From: an uncultured delta proteobacterium
Lineage (GTDB): Bacteria > Desulfobacterota > Desulfomonilia > UBA1062
DNA length: 64,000 bases
Assembly: GCA_963785235.1 (NCBI GenBank)
Contig: CAWAUM010000003.1
Location: forward strand, 320,001-384,000
Reading direction: 5' to 3'
Part shown: positions 1 through 9,861 of the stretch, in pieces
Layout of the letters: each line of letters starts with the position of its first letter
Position numbering within the stretch: the stretch's first letter is position 1
Program-made: the position numbers and the translations under genes
The notes under the pieces: generated by a model
The model's input: only the letters and a program-made list of their open reading frames with translations
Databases searched by the model: none
Told to the model about the DNA's origin: nothing

Positions 1-856
1 CGCCTATGGTATCGAAGTCTACCCCTACATACAGGGTGGCCCCTGGAATCTTGTCGATGACCAGGGTGAAGACCTGGGTCTTATTGGCCTTTGAAAACTC
101 GATGAGATCTCCTGCCTTTTCATGATCCCGCAGTTCGTAGTAGGGGTCCGGGGGAACTGCAAAGATCTGGACACCTTGTTTCTGAAGCTCCTTCAGGGCA
201 GGCTCGATGGGGGCTTTTATACCCACCTGCTTTGATATGATCGTGATTCCCAGGGAAAGGCCTTCCTTTTTTGCATCCTCAACATGTGCAATGCTGTTTG
301 CATCGTCGCTGTGCACAATACCCACGGTCTTGATAGCCGGGAAGGCCTGTTTCACGATTGCGAGCGCGTCTTTCATGTTCATGTGCGTTGTCACGCCGGT
401 AAAGCCGGGACCCGCTTCTGTCAAAGACCTGCAGCCCACCGCTTCCGGAAAGGCCAGGGCCGTGAACACCAGCGGTATTCCCGCCGCAATGATCTTGTCC
501 TTGGCATATTTGGTCACGGGCGTCCCCATGGTAAGCACAAGGTCGGGCTTCTCTCTTGCAATACGTGAAGCCTCACGCAGGATCCTCAAGTAGACATTGA
601 TTCTTTTCACCAGGGAAGGGTTTTCAATGTCGAAGTCGATGATGGTGCGTTTGACCTTGAGGTTTCTGCCCCGGGAGATACCGGCCTTCTCCAGCTCCTT
701 GAGAAAGCCGTCATAGACCGACTGAAGCTCTTCAAAATCTGTAATCTGGAGGACTTCCACCCGGTAGTTTTTTCCCTGTGCCAGGCCTGGGATAGAAAGG
801 CAGGTTATAAGGAAGACTGCACATAGTAAAAAGATAGCTCTCGGAATTATTTTCAT
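1..856 (-). CDS. ABC transporter substrate-binding protein (ABC_sub_bind-like), truncated at window edge
   Basis: Manually translated from ATG at 856: MKIIPRAIFLLCAVFLITCLSIPGLAQGKNYRVEVLQ...KPDLVLTMGTPVT...GIPLVFTA; signal peptide plus PDLV..GT and IP.VF motifs. Confidence 0.75.
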   Translation of the reverse strand, partial: MKIIPRAIFLLCAVFLITCLSIPGLAQGKNYRVEVLQITDFEELQSVYDGFLKELEKAGISRGRNLKVKRTIIDFDIENPSLVKRINVYLRILREASRIAREKPDLVLTMGTPVTKYAKDKIIAAGIPLVFTALAFPEAVGCRSLTEAGPGFTGVTTHMNMKDALAIVKQAFPAIKTVGIVHSDDANSIAHVEDAKKEGLSLGITIISKQVGIKAPIEPALKELQKQGVQIFAVPPDPYYELRDHEKAGDLIEFSKANKTQVFTLVIDKIPGATLYVGVDFDTIG

Positions 857-859
857 TTT

Positions 860-1372
860 TTAATGTCTTACATAAATCAATTTTTCGGTTTCAAACCCTA
901 ATGCCTTTGCCTTTTGTACCAGCTCGGATTTTATGGATTCATCCAGATGTGGTCTTCTGGCCAGTATCCACAGGTAGGATGTGTCGGGTCCGCACACAAG
1001 CGCATAAGAATAGCCCGACTCATCCAGGGCAATGATATTATAGCCGCCATAGAAAGGCCCGAAAAAAGATACCTTCAATCTTCCTTCATGGGGTTCACCC
1101 ACGAAGTAAGCCTTGCCTACAGCCTTTTTCCATGTATCTGTTTTTGGATCAAACCCCTTATTCACCACTGCAATGCCCCCATCGGACCTCGAGCTGTACT
1201 CCGCGGTAACCTTTTCCAGCCCCCTTTCAAATGAGTGATCCAATCTGGCAATTTCATACCAGGTGCCCTTATAGCGCTCAACATCAAATCCCTTTACCGG
1301 TGAGATATTATCTGGAATGCCTACGCACCCCATTAAGAATATCGAGATATAAAACCCCAGTTTTCTCATCAT
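860..1372 (-). CDS. blc: Outer-membrane lipocalin (Blc-like lipoprotein)
   Basis: Lipobox LMGC; lipocalin motifs RYKGTWYEIARLDHSFE, KVSFFGPFYGGY, YLWILAR. Confidence 0.92.
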   Translation of the reverse strand: MMRKLGFYISIFLMGCVGIPDNISPVKGFDVERYKGTWYEIARLDHSFERGLEKVTAEYSSRSDGGIAVVNKGFDPKTDTWKKAVGKAYFVGEPHEGRLKVSFFGPFYGGYNIIALDESGYSYALVCGPDTSYLWILARRPHLDESIKSELVQKAKALGFETEKLIYVRH

Positions 1373-1485
1373 AATCAGTTACTCCTGCGCCCAATAATGA
1401 TTCCGGCTCTGTTTTATGGATTCAGACTTACTCTATATACCAATCAGTTTCCATCTACTCTTCCGTTTGATTGTCTTCAACAGCG

Positions 1486-2829
1486 TCAGAAATAATACCC
1501 GGCCCTGAACTCAAACCGGTAGTCGTTTAGTTTTTCCCCGTACTCCGTTGCACAGGTGCCGCGGATAAAACCAGCCCGGAGCCGGAGTTCCAGATTAGTG
1601 ATGCCTGTATAGAGCAGCTCCGGAGTGAAGCTCCAGCTCTGGTCGTTCAGGTTGACCATGACCGTTAGAGAAGGGGTGAAATACAGGATATCCAACGGCT
1701 CTTTCTGGATCAACCTCAGGTACAGGTAGTCTTCCATGGGGCTGGGCCGGCCGTAGGAGCCCTTGGTGAGATTCCGGGCAACGACAAGTTGCCCGTCCGT
1801 TCCCGTGGATTGATAGAGCTGATAACCGCTGTGGATAAAGCGGTAATAGGTTCTCATGTCATGGGCGCTGAAGCCCGTGCCGTTGTGATAATATTCCAGG
1901 ATAGTCGTCAGATCGAAGGCCGTCACATGACGGATGCCGATAAGACCGCTGAGAGCGTTATCGGTTTTTGACCGTACAATGCCGCTGGCATCCAGGGCCT
2001 GCTCTTGAAACCTCCGGATTTGCGCCAACTCTCCGTGCACCTCAAAATCCGTGGTCAGGTTACGCGAAAAATCCACCCCGTACCGCGGGGTGCGGGTGCC
2101 GCCCGCTGCATAGATGAAATCAAGATCCGTGTCATAAAAAAGGAGATATATCTTCGCGGCAACATTCAAATGGTTGTCCCTGCCGAGGTCGTCGTTGATG
2201 TGATCGTAAACAGGAAACAGGACCGGCGTGATTGCCAGCGTTTTCAGTGGCCCGTCGAAACTGCGGACGTAATCCACTGTGGCCATGACATATCCTTCGA
2301 GAGATAAATCCGGATCATTCGGGTCTTTCGCACGATCGAGGAAATTGACAGGGTTCCAGGCATACCCCTTGCCCCATTTGAGATTCTTTTTGCCGGCCTC
2401 CACCTTCCAGGACTCAGAGGGTTTCAGCGTTGCATACCCTTCGTAGAGGGCTGTCTGTCCTTTACCTCCCGATTCCGAAGAATAAGAGCAGTCTGTGCTG
2501 GTCTTGACATATACCCGGCCTATCCCCTTCTCATAACTGCCCTCCAGCTGGAGGCGGCCATTGGATTCCGTGATCGTCGATCCTGGATCATCCTTGTAAT
2601 ACTGAAGTTGGTAAAGGGCTGCGTCTTTGTCCAGGACATATATGACCGGTCGGATCTCTGCATATCCACCAAGATGCCATGGTTTCTTCTCGATTTCCGC
2701 CACGTCGAAGGTATACGATTCCTCGCCCCGGACAGCCGGGGTGCAGAAAAGCAGGAGAACGATCCCAAGGACTGCGACCCGCATCAGGGATAGCAGGGGC
2801 AGCACCTTCTTGCCTCGGGCCTTTCTCAT
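1486..2829 (-). CDS. Exported protein, probable outer-membrane beta-barrel associated with the ABC module
   Basis: Signal peptide, beta-strand-rich, WGKGYAWNP motif, C-terminal aromatic signature GYYF. Confidence 0.65.
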   Translation of the reverse strand: MRKARGKKVLPLLSLMRVAVLGIVLLLFCTPAVRGEESYTFDVAEIEKKPWHLGGYAEIRPVIYVLDKDAALYQLQYYKDDPGSTITESNGRLQLEGSYEKGIGRVYVKTSTDCSYSSESGGKGQTALYEGYATLKPSESWKVEAGKKNLKWGKGYAWNPVNFLDRAKDPNDPDLSLEGYVMATVDYVRSFDGPLKTLAITPVLFPVYDHINDDLGRDNHLNVAAKIYLLFYDTDLDFIYAAGGTRTPRYGVDFSRNLTTDFEVHGELAQIRRFQEQALDASGIVRSKTDNALSGLIGIRHVTAFDLTTILEYYHNGTGFSAHDMRTYYRFIHSGYQLYQSTGTDGQLVVARNLTKGSYGRPSPMEDYLYLRLIQKEPLDILYFTPSLTVMVNLNDQSWSFTPELLYTGITNLELRLRAGFIRGTCATEYGEKLNDYRFEFRAGYYF

Positions 2830-2841
2830 GCAGGTCCACCT

Positions 2842-3591
2842 TTAACGCAACGAATCGATGTTCGGCATGAACGTTTGGGTAAAGACCTCATCCTTGAAGG
2901 ATCGCTTTTTGATCTTGGCATAGATCATGATGGATTTGTATCCCTTGTACAGCGGGCTGTCCGTCTCGATGACGGAAGGCCTTACAATGCCGCCCCCGAA
3001 ATCCTTGTGGTCCTTGAAGTAGATGGTCTTGATGAGCATGTTCGCCTCAGTAAGGCACTCGATCTTTGTCGGTAACATTTTACCCTTGTCCACCCACATC
3101 CGGAGCTGATCGTAGGCGACGCTCCTGGTCTTGGCCTTCAGGCGAAGGAGATGCTCATTCCCCGCATCTTCCACCCGGGCGACATGGTATTCCACGGAGT
3201 AATCCAGATTCAGGATATCGGCGTTGTTGAAGACCCCGCCCACAACGGACTGGAGACTCGTGATGCGGACCGGTTTTCCCACGTTGGGGATATACAGCCA
3301 CATGTTGTCGCCCAGACGCAGAGTGCTGCGCCCATTTTCACTGGCCGGTGCGAGAAACAGGGCCGCGATCTTGTCCGAACCCTTTTTCACGGAAAAGAGG
3401 GTAAATTCCTTCTTCCGGCCGTCGGGCTCCACATTGATCAGCTTCCGGTACATCTCGTAGGATTCTGGGTTCAGCTTCCGGTCCACCTCTTTGAGCAACG
3501 CCGTGCCGTCCAGCGCGAAGACGGGAGAGACTGAGAACAGGATCAGCAGGAGGGATAACACATGTTTTATCTTCATGTCTTTTCCTTTCAT
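2842..3591 (-). CDS. Outer-membrane lipoprotein-sorting protein (LolA-like)
   Basis: Signal peptide; FLAPASENG..LRLGDNMWLYIP motif; follows ABC permease. Confidence 0.8.
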   Translation of the reverse strand: MKGKDMKIKHVLSLLLILFSVSPVFALDGTALLKEVDRKLNPESYEMYRKLINVEPDGRKKEFTLFSVKKGSDKIAALFLAPASENGRSTLRLGDNMWLYIPNVGKPVRITSLQSVVGGVFNNADILNLDYSVEYHVARVEDAGNEHLLRLKAKTRSVAYDQLRMWVDKGKMLPTKIECLTEANMLIKTIYFKDHKDFGGGIVRPSVIETDSPLYKGYKSIMIYAKIKKRSFKDEVFTQTFMPNIDSLR

Positions 3592-4830
3592 CTACACATG
3601 CCGCAGGGCAGTGATCGGCTCCATGCGCGAAGCCTTGAAGGCCGGCTCCAGGCTGGCAAGGACCGAGACCATTATAACGATCACACTAATCGAGAGCAGG
3701 GCTCCGGGATGGATGGTCGCTTTCAGGATCAGTCCCTGCTGCTGACCGAAGTTGAAGGTGATGTGGGCCAGGTTCAGGATGAAGATAGTCAGCATGCCCA
3801 GGGAGCAACCGATGAGTGTCCCCAGGACACCCATGGAGAAACCCTCCAGCATGAACAGGGCAAGGATCTTGCCGGGCGGCGTGCCGATGGCCGCCATGGT
3901 CCCGATCTCCCTGATCCGTTCATACACGGCCATGATCATCACGTTCAGAACACTGATGAGCACCAGGGCCACAAGCATAAGCTTGATAAAGAACGTCATG
4001 ATGTCGAGCATCCGGGCAATGTTGAAAAAAGGTGAGAGCCCCTCCCAGGTATGGATCTCCAGGGAAGATTTGCCGTCCTTCGTGAATGCCGCTGCCAGCC
4101 GTTTCTGCATATCCATAAACACCGGCTTCAGCCGGTCGAAATCCTTCAGACGGATGGCCATTTCGCTGATTTCCAGCTCTTCCATCCGGAGCACCTCCGC
4201 AGCGTCTTCGATATGGACGTAGCCGTCCCGTCCGCCCGGACCAGTGACGCTTTCCAGGATACCCGCCACGACAAACTGTTTCCCGTTAACGGAACCGTCC
4301 TTGTTTGTCGCCACGATGACGATCGCGTCGCCCACCTTGACACGCATCCCCTTGGCCAGGAGAGATGGAATCAGAATTTCCCCCCTGCCGAGGCTCTTCT
4401 TCCCCTGGGTGATGCGTGCACTCAGGAGGGGAACCGTCTTGAACTCACGATCGGGATAGACGCCGTTGAGACGGATATTCGTCGATTCGTTGAAGTTGCT
4501 GAAGAGACCGCCGAACTTGAGCCGGGGGGATGAGGCTTCGATATCCTTCTGATTCCGGATCATCTCTTCTATACGGGCAACAGCCGGGGCCTTCATATTC
4601 AGGTTGAGAGGGAGATTGTCGATGGACGCGACATAGCCCTTCTTGTGGATCTGGATGTGACCCAGCATGGCATCGGTGATCTGGCCGATCATCATGGCCT
4701 TGAAAGACCCGGAAACGGCCATGAACACAAGTACAAAGACAACGCCGATAGTGATCAGGGAGGCCGTGAGCAGGGTCCGCCTTTTGTAGCGCATCAGGTT
4801 CCGCAGGGCGATCTTGAAGAGATCCGTCAT
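3592..4830 (-). CDS. ABC transporter permease, MacB/FtsX/LolE family
   Basis: IALRNL..YKRRT start, periplasmic domain, [28 protein letters not shown]. Confidence 0.9.
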   Translation of the reverse strand: MTDLFKIALRNLMRYKRRTLLTASLITIGVVFVLVFMAVSGSFKAMMIGQITDAMLGHIQIHKKGYVASIDNLPLNLNMKAPAVARIEEMIRNQKDIEASSPRLKFGGLFSNFNESTNIRLNGVYPDREFKTVPLLSARITQGKKSLGRGEILIPSLLAKGMRVKVGDAIVIVATNKDGSVNGKQFVVAGILESVTGPGGRDGYVHIEDAAEVLRMEELEISEMAIRLKDFDRLKPVFMDMQKRLAAAFTKDGKSSLEIHTWEGLSPFFNIARMLDIMTFFIKLMLVALVLISVLNVMIMAVYERIREIGTMAAIGTPPGKILALFMLEGFSMGVLGTLIGCSLGMLTIFILNLAHITFNFGQQQGLILKATIHPGALLSISVIVIMVSVLASLEPAFKASRMEPITALRHV

Positions 4831-5531
4831 GGCTTGTCCTCCCCATTTCTTCGGTCTTTGAGCAGGCCGTCTTCAAGGGTGAACAGGATCTCCACCTCGC
4901 CGACAAGCTTCTGGTCATGGGTGGAAAAGATAAACGTGGTATGGCGGTCATCCCGGATCTTTTTCATGAGCTCGATGACGGTGTGGGCCGTATGGGAGTC
5001 CAGGTTGGCAGTGGGTTCATCGGCCAGGACGACCTTGGGGTTCGTCACCAGTGCCCGGGCGATGGCCACGCGCTGCTTCTGGCCGCCTGAGAGCTGGTCC
5101 GGCCGCTTGTTCGCCTGGTCCGCCATTCCCACTGTATCCAGCAGGGCCGTCACGCGCCTGCGCCTTTCTTCGGGCGGAATCTTCTGAACCATGATCAGGG
5201 GGTACTCGATGTTTTCATAGGCCGTGAGCACCGGCAGGAGGTTGAAGTCCTGGAAGATGAAGCCGATGTTGGTTCCCCTGAACGCAGCGCCCTGACGGCG
5301 ATCCAGCATGCCCACATCCGTTCCGGCAACCGTGAGACGGCCCGAGGTGGGTGCGTCGAGGCAACCGATGAGGTTGAGCAGTGTCGTCTTCCCGCTCCCC
5401 GAAGGCCCGATGAAGGAAACAAAGGAGGCAGGATCAATGGCGAAGCTGACACCTCCGAGCGCAGGAATGACAATGTCCCCTGCCCGATAATCCTTGGTAA
5501 TCCCTTCCGCGATGACAAGACTCATTTTCAC
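4827..5531 (-). CDS. ABC transporter ATP-binding protein (LolD/MacB-type)
   Basis: Walker [32 protein letters not shown]. Confidence 0.95.
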   Translation of the reverse strand: MKMSLVIAEGITKDYRAGDIVIPALGGVSFAIDPASFVSFIGPSGSGKTTLLNLIGCLDAPTSGRLTVAGTDVGMLDRRQGAAFRGTNIGFIFQDFNLLPVLTAYENIEYPLIMVQKIPPEERRRRVTALLDTVGMADQANKRPDQLSGGQKQRVAIARALVTNPKVVLADEPTANLDSHTAHTVIELMKKIRDDRHTTFIFSTHDQKLVGEVEILFTLEDGLLKDRRNGEDKP

Positions 5532-5610
5532 CCCCTCTTAGAACCTTATCAATATAGTAGTCACTTCAAGGTTAAATACAACTCTGTCCGTGCTCTTGCG
5601 TGTGAAGCGA

Positions 5611-6723
5611 TCATCCTTTTGTCTCGGGCAGGACTTCGCAGTACCACTCCTTAGAGCGGTTGCAGATGTTGCACACCGAGAGCATCACCGGCACCTCCAC
5701 CAGGACACCCACCACACAGGCGAGGGCCGCCCCGGAGCTCGGTCCGAAGAGCGTGATGGCCACGGCCACGGCCAGCTCGAAGAAATTGCTCGCACCGATG
5801 AGCGCCCCCGGCGAGGCCACGTTGTGCTGCACCTTGAACAGCCGCATGAGCATGTAGGTGAGCGAGGAATTGAAATAGACCTGGATGATGATAGGTATGG
5901 CGATCAGGATCACGGCGATCCATTTGGTCGTGAGGTTCTCCGCCTGGAACGCGAAGATGAGCAGGAGCGTCAAGAGCAACGCAATGACCGTTACGGGGTG
6001 GAACTTGGGAAGAAACTTATTCTCAAACCACTCAATGCCGTGCGCCTTCAGCAGCCCCTTCCGGGTCAGGTACCCCGCCACCAGGGGGATCACGATGAAG
6101 ACCACCACCGAGGTGATGAGCACCTTTGAAGGCACAACCACATCGGCCACCCCGAGGAGGAACATGACGATGGGCGCGAACAGCACCAGCATGATCAGGT
6201 CGTTCACTGCCACCTGCACCAGCGTGTAGGCCGGGTCACCGTCGGTGAGATATGACCAGACGAACACCATGGCTGTGCATGGCGCTGCTGCCAGGATGAT
6301 GAGCCCTGCCGTATAGCTCTTAGCCGTTTCCGGATCGATCCATACTGAAAATAAATTCTGGATGAAAACCCATGCCAGGAAGGCCATGCTGAACGGCTTC
6401 ACCAGCCAGTTGACGAACAGGGTTATCATGAGGCCCTTGGGTTTGCGCGCTATGCCGCTCAAGGAGCTGAAGTCGATTCTAAGCATCATGGGAAAGATCA
6501 TCAGCCAGATGAGGACCGCTATGGGCACGTTTACCTGGGACCCCCGGCCGAACTCCATCCTGCTTAAGGCTGCCGTAAGGCCGGGCAGCAGTTTGCCCAG
6601 GGTAACACCCACCACCATGCAGATAAACACCCAGAGCGTGAGGTAGCGTTCAAACAGGTTCAATCGTTTCGGTTCACCCACGGAATCCTGTTTGTTTTTA
6701 ATCACGGAAGACAGCTTTCCCAT
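5611..6723 (-). CDS. acr3: ACR3-family arsenite efflux transporter
   Basis: FERYLTLWV, AAPCTAMVFVWS, GASNFFELAVA, VEVPVML motifs. Confidence 0.96.
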   Translation of the reverse strand: MGKLSSVIKNKQDSVGEPKRLNLFERYLTLWVFICMVVGVTLGKLLPGLTAALSRMEFGRGSQVNVPIAVLIWLMIFPMMLRIDFSSLSGIARKPKGLMITLFVNWLVKPFSMAFLAWVFIQNLFSVWIDPETAKSYTAGLIILAAAPCTAMVFVWSYLTDGDPAYTLVQVAVNDLIMLVLFAPIVMFLLGVADVVVPSKVLITSVVVFIVIPLVAGYLTRKGLLKAHGIEWFENKFLPKFHPVTVIALLLTLLLIFAFQAENLTTKWIAVILIAIPIIIQVYFNSSLTYMLMRLFKVQHNVASPGALIGASNFFELAVAVAITLFGPSSGAALACVVGVLVEVPVMLSVCNICNRSKEWYCEVLPETKG

Positions 6724-6854
6724 AGGTTTTATCCTTTCTTTTCATAATGAATGTGGTTTCATTCCCTTCATCCACAGAATCATCGCTGCCCATCATCGAG
6801 CGCAGTGTGACAACGGAGGGGCATTACCTTTCTATTCCTCCCTTTCCGAGTCGG

Positions 6855-7385
6855 TTATGACCCCGGGTGGTTTTCACTGTCCCGGACTACACTGGCCGGC
6901 TGCCTGGAAAGGGCACGTTGAAGAGAATAACGGCCATGATCCGCGAACAGGACCATGAACGAGGCTGCCATCAAAGAGGAATCACGCAGCAGGTACCACC
7001 AGGTTATTTTCTCAGCCGTAGTTGATGTACTGAAGCAGCCGCAGGCAATGTCGAGACCCCTGGAGAGGTTGAAGCCCAGGGCCGTGGTGAAAACCAGGAG
7101 CAGCACAGAGACGATGAGTGCGCCTCCTTGTATCCACAGGCCGAGCATCAGGCATATTCCCGCCACAACCTCTACCCAGGGCAGGATGACGGCTGCAATG
7201 TTCACGAGCCACGCAGGCAGGATGTGGTAGTTGTAGACAGCTAAAGCGAACGCCGCAGGGTCAACAATCTTTATGGCCCCGGCGTAGAGAAACAGGGCGC
7301 CTAGCACCACCCGAATTGCTGACAGAATCACCTGTACGGGTTTGCCATCAATAAACCCGTTCTTCATATGCATCGGTTCATTCAT
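6855..7385 (-). CDS. MauE/DoxX-family redox-associated membrane protein
   Basis: GALFLYAG..K, LPWVE, GLDIACGCF motifs. Confidence 0.88.
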   Translation of the reverse strand: MNEPMHMKNGFIDGKPVQVILSAIRVVLGALFLYAGAIKIVDPAAFALAVYNYHILPAWLVNIAAVILPWVEVVAGICLMLGLWIQGGALIVSVLLLVFTTALGFNLSRGLDIACGCFSTSTTAEKITWWYLLRDSSLMAASFMVLFADHGRYSLQRALSRQPASVVRDSENHPGS

Positions 7386-7857
7386 AGGGGTACCCCCTGT
7401 CCATCCAGACCACCCAGCCTTCGGGCATGACCTTTATGGGTCCGATGCCCTGGCTTTTGAGATCCTTCACCAGGTCCGCCCCCAGTGGGCAGTCCACATC
7501 ATAGCAGTAGGCGATCACCGCCTTGCCTGTCTTAAGCATGGCACGGACCTCTTCAAGATGTTCTGCCGCACTCTCCAAAGGGATGTTCATTGCACCCGGG
7601 ATATGGCCGCCCGAAAAGTCCCCGGGTTCCCGTGCATCGATGAACAGGGCGTTGCCCTTTTCAAAAAGCTCTACGGCCTCGCCCAGGCCGATGACCTCCA
7701 GGTCCCCTGCATGGATCTCTGTAACGGCCTTGGAACTCCAGTCTCCCACCATTGGAATCCCCGCAGTTCTCACCATGTTGAAGACCGCCCCGATGAGGGC
7801 TGCCATCGCCACCATCCAGAAGGCATGGATAATGCCCTGTCTGATCCGCTGCATCAT
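7378..7857 (-). CDS. Membrane-anchored rhodanese-like domain protein
   Basis: N-terminal TM; FIDARE...GHIPGAMNIP; YCYDVDC loop; start placed at ATG 7857 after GGAGA. Confidence 0.85.
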   Translation of the reverse strand: MMQRIRQGIIHAFWMVAMAALIGAVFNMVRTAGIPMVGDWSSKAVTEIHAGDLEVIGLGEAVELFEKGNALFIDAREPGDFSGGHIPGAMNIPLESAAEHLEEVRAMLKTGKAVIAYCYDVDCPLGADLVKDLKSQGIGPIKVMPEGWVVWMDRGYPYE

Positions 7858-7973
7858 GCCGGTTTCTCCGCCTTGATGAGGATATGGATCTTCTCCCTGT
7901 TCGGGAGCCATTTTCCTCGATGCACGACCTTGTCATTAATCTTGTGCGCCGGGGTATAGGGAAAATGCTTCAT
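7854..7973 (-). pseudogene. 39-aa ORF resembling the C-terminal half of a small thioredoxin-like protein
   Basis: MKHFPYTPAHKINDKVVHRGKWLPNREKIHILIK resembles TPALAVDGKVKVVGKVLTPAEIENLIK of the 9611-9847 protein; GAGGA RBS; ATGA overlap with rhodanese start; no CxxC. Confidence 0.4.
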
Positions 7974-8019
7974 AACTATCCTCAATTGGTAATCTTTCGC
8001 TCTGACATCACGGCACGGT

Positions 8020-8736
8020 TCAAGCCCCAGCGCGTTCGATGAACGGTCGTATAACAAAATAGACCCCCAGCAGCGCAATAGCCACACCGGCCAGCCGCCG
8101 GAACCATACACTGCCGCGCTGGAAGGCGCCATGTTCCAGAACCCGCTGCACCAGGGCAGCACTCGAACCAGCCACCGCGATGGGGATGCAGTGACCGATC
8201 CCGAAGAGCACGATCAGAATCACCCCGGTGATGATCTTCTCCTGGATGGTAATGATGGCCAGGATAGGCGCGATGAAACCAAAGGTGCAGGCCCCGGAGA
8301 GCACGCCATAGGCCAATCCCAGAAAAAAAGCCCCGCCCAAACCCTTTACTTTAAGCCGACTCATGCTCCCGCCGGACATCGAACATACCGGGACCCCCAG
8401 CATGTCAAGCGCTACCCACAGGAGGATCAGACCCACCAGGATAGTCCAGTATGGGCCAACCTCTCCCAGCATACGCCCCAGAAGGGCGCAGATGACGCCC
8501 ACCGCGGCAATGGTGATGAACAGCCCCACGGTAAATGCGACTGCGTATTTGGCGGCCTTGCCGGTTTCCACCCGCTCGTCCTGCCCGGCCACGTACCCAA
8601 CAATGAGCGGGATGGATGCCATGTGGCAGGGGCTCAAAAGAACACTCACCATGCCCCATAACAGGCATCCAATTGAGGCGATGCCGAAACTGCCCGTCAT
8701 CCAGGCATTGATGGTGACGAAGAACTGATCCAGCAT
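8020..8736 (-). CDS. ccdA: CcdA/DsbD-beta thiol-disulfide transmembrane transporter
   Basis: Hydrophobic; LLSPCHMASIP and SGACTFGFIAP conserved cysteines. Confidence 0.88.
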   Translation of the reverse strand: MLDQFFVTINAWMTGSFGIASIGCLLWGMVSVLLSPCHMASIPLIVGYVAGQDERVETGKAAKYAVAFTVGLFITIAAVGVICALLGRMLGEVGPYWTILVGLILLWVALDMLGVPVCSMSGGSMSRLKVKGLGGAFFLGLAYGVLSGACTFGFIAPILAIITIQEKIITGVILIVLFGIGHCIPIAVAGSSAALVQRVLEHGAFQRGSVWFRRLAGVAIALLGVYFVIRPFIERAGA

Positions 8737-8739
8737 GAT

Positions 8740-9156
8740 CTACTTCTTCTGCTTGGGTGCGGTTGGATTGGCCCCAAGCTTGGTTAGGATCTCCACGATG
8801 CTCGGCTTGTCCATGTAACCCACATGGCGGCTGATCTCCTTGCCCTGCCTGTCGTAGTAGATCTGGGTGGGGATGGCACGCACACCCGCTTTACGGGCGA
8901 ACCCCACGGCCTCTTGGTTCTCCCAGACATCCAGGAAGAGGATGGAGACCGTTCCGGCGTATTCCTTCTTCAACTCCGCGATGATGGGCGCCATCATCTT
9001 GCAGGGTATGCACCTGTTCGCCCCCACTTCCACCATGGTCACCATGCCTGGGGTGGGAACCGGCGGGAGGGGCTCGGCGAAGCCCACCCCGGTCATGAGC
9101 ATCATCAATAATACGACCAATAAAAACTTACGCATATCCAATGTCTCCTTATTCAT
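8740..9156 (-). CDS. Exported thioredoxin-family protein
   Basis: Signal peptide, CIPC active site, cis-Pro motif RAIPTQ. Confidence 0.9.
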   Translation of the reverse strand: MNKETLDMRKFLLVVLLMMLMTGVGFAEPLPPVPTPGMVTMVEVGANRCIPCKMMAPIIAELKKEYAGTVSILFLDVWENQEAVGFARKAGVRAIPTQIYYDRQGKEISRHVGYMDKPSIVEILTKLGANPTAPKQKK

Positions 9157-9168
9157 GGTTATTTGATA

Positions 9169-9597
9169 TTACTCAACATCACTACCACTGCAACATGCAT
9201 CGTCAGCGGGCCTGACTGTATCCGGACCGAGCATCTTCCGGACTGCATCCTTGACCTTGTCTACATCATGAGGGTCGAGGTCAAATTTCTTTGCTTTTTC
9301 AAAGCCGAGGTCTGTGACCACCAGGTAGTTTCTCTCAGGGACTCCCTGCTCTTTGAGGACACCCCTGGCACACCCGATAGGGCATCCGTCTATCACCACC
9401 ATCTCGTCCACATCCCTGGCCGACTGTACAAAACCGCTTATGGCCGCACCGATCCCGGCCAGGCAATACATGGAGCCGAAGCCCTCTTTGGTCAGCTCAA
9501 CTGCTGCCTGGTTGGAAAGCTGGCCCACGTTCGATCCACCTGAACAAGCCAGAATCATGCATTTCCTTGTCGCTACACAACAGGTGTCATCCGCCAT
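9169..9597 (-). CDS. DGC-domain putative zinc-binding protein
   Basis: ACSGGSNVGQL, CLAGIG, IDGCPIGCA motifs. Confidence 0.9.
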   Translation of the reverse strand: MADDTCCVATRKCMILACSGGSNVGQLSNQAAVELTKEGFGSMYCLAGIGAAISGFVQSARDVDEMVVIDGCPIGCARGVLKEQGVPERNYLVVTDLGFEKAKKFDLDPHDVDKVKDAVRKMLGPDTVRPADDACCSGSDVE

Positions 9598-9610
9598 ATC
9601 TTCCTCCTTT

Positions 9611-9847
9611 TCAATCCTTTATGAGATTCTCAATCTCTGCGGGCGTCAAAACCTTGCCCACCACCTTCACCTTGCCGTCCACGGCAAGTGCCGGAGTCAT
9701 CATGACGCCGAACTTCATGATCTGGTTTATGTCCGTGACCTTTTCGATCTCGTATTCAATCCCGAGCTTTTTCGCCGCCTCCTCGGTGTTGTGGGCGAGC
9801 TTGATGCACTTGGCGCATCCCGTTCCCAGGATCTGCAGTTTTTTCAT
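9611..9847 (-). CDS. Small redox-active disulfide protein (MTH895/Thioredoxin_3 family)
   Basis: ILGTGCAKC, GVMMTPALAVDG. Confidence 0.92.
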   Translation of the reverse strand: MKKLQILGTGCAKCIKLAHNTEEAAKKLGIEYEIEKVTDINQIMKFGVMMTPALAVDGKVKVVGKVLTPAEIENLIKD

Positions 9848-9861
9848 GATGCTCTCCTTTT

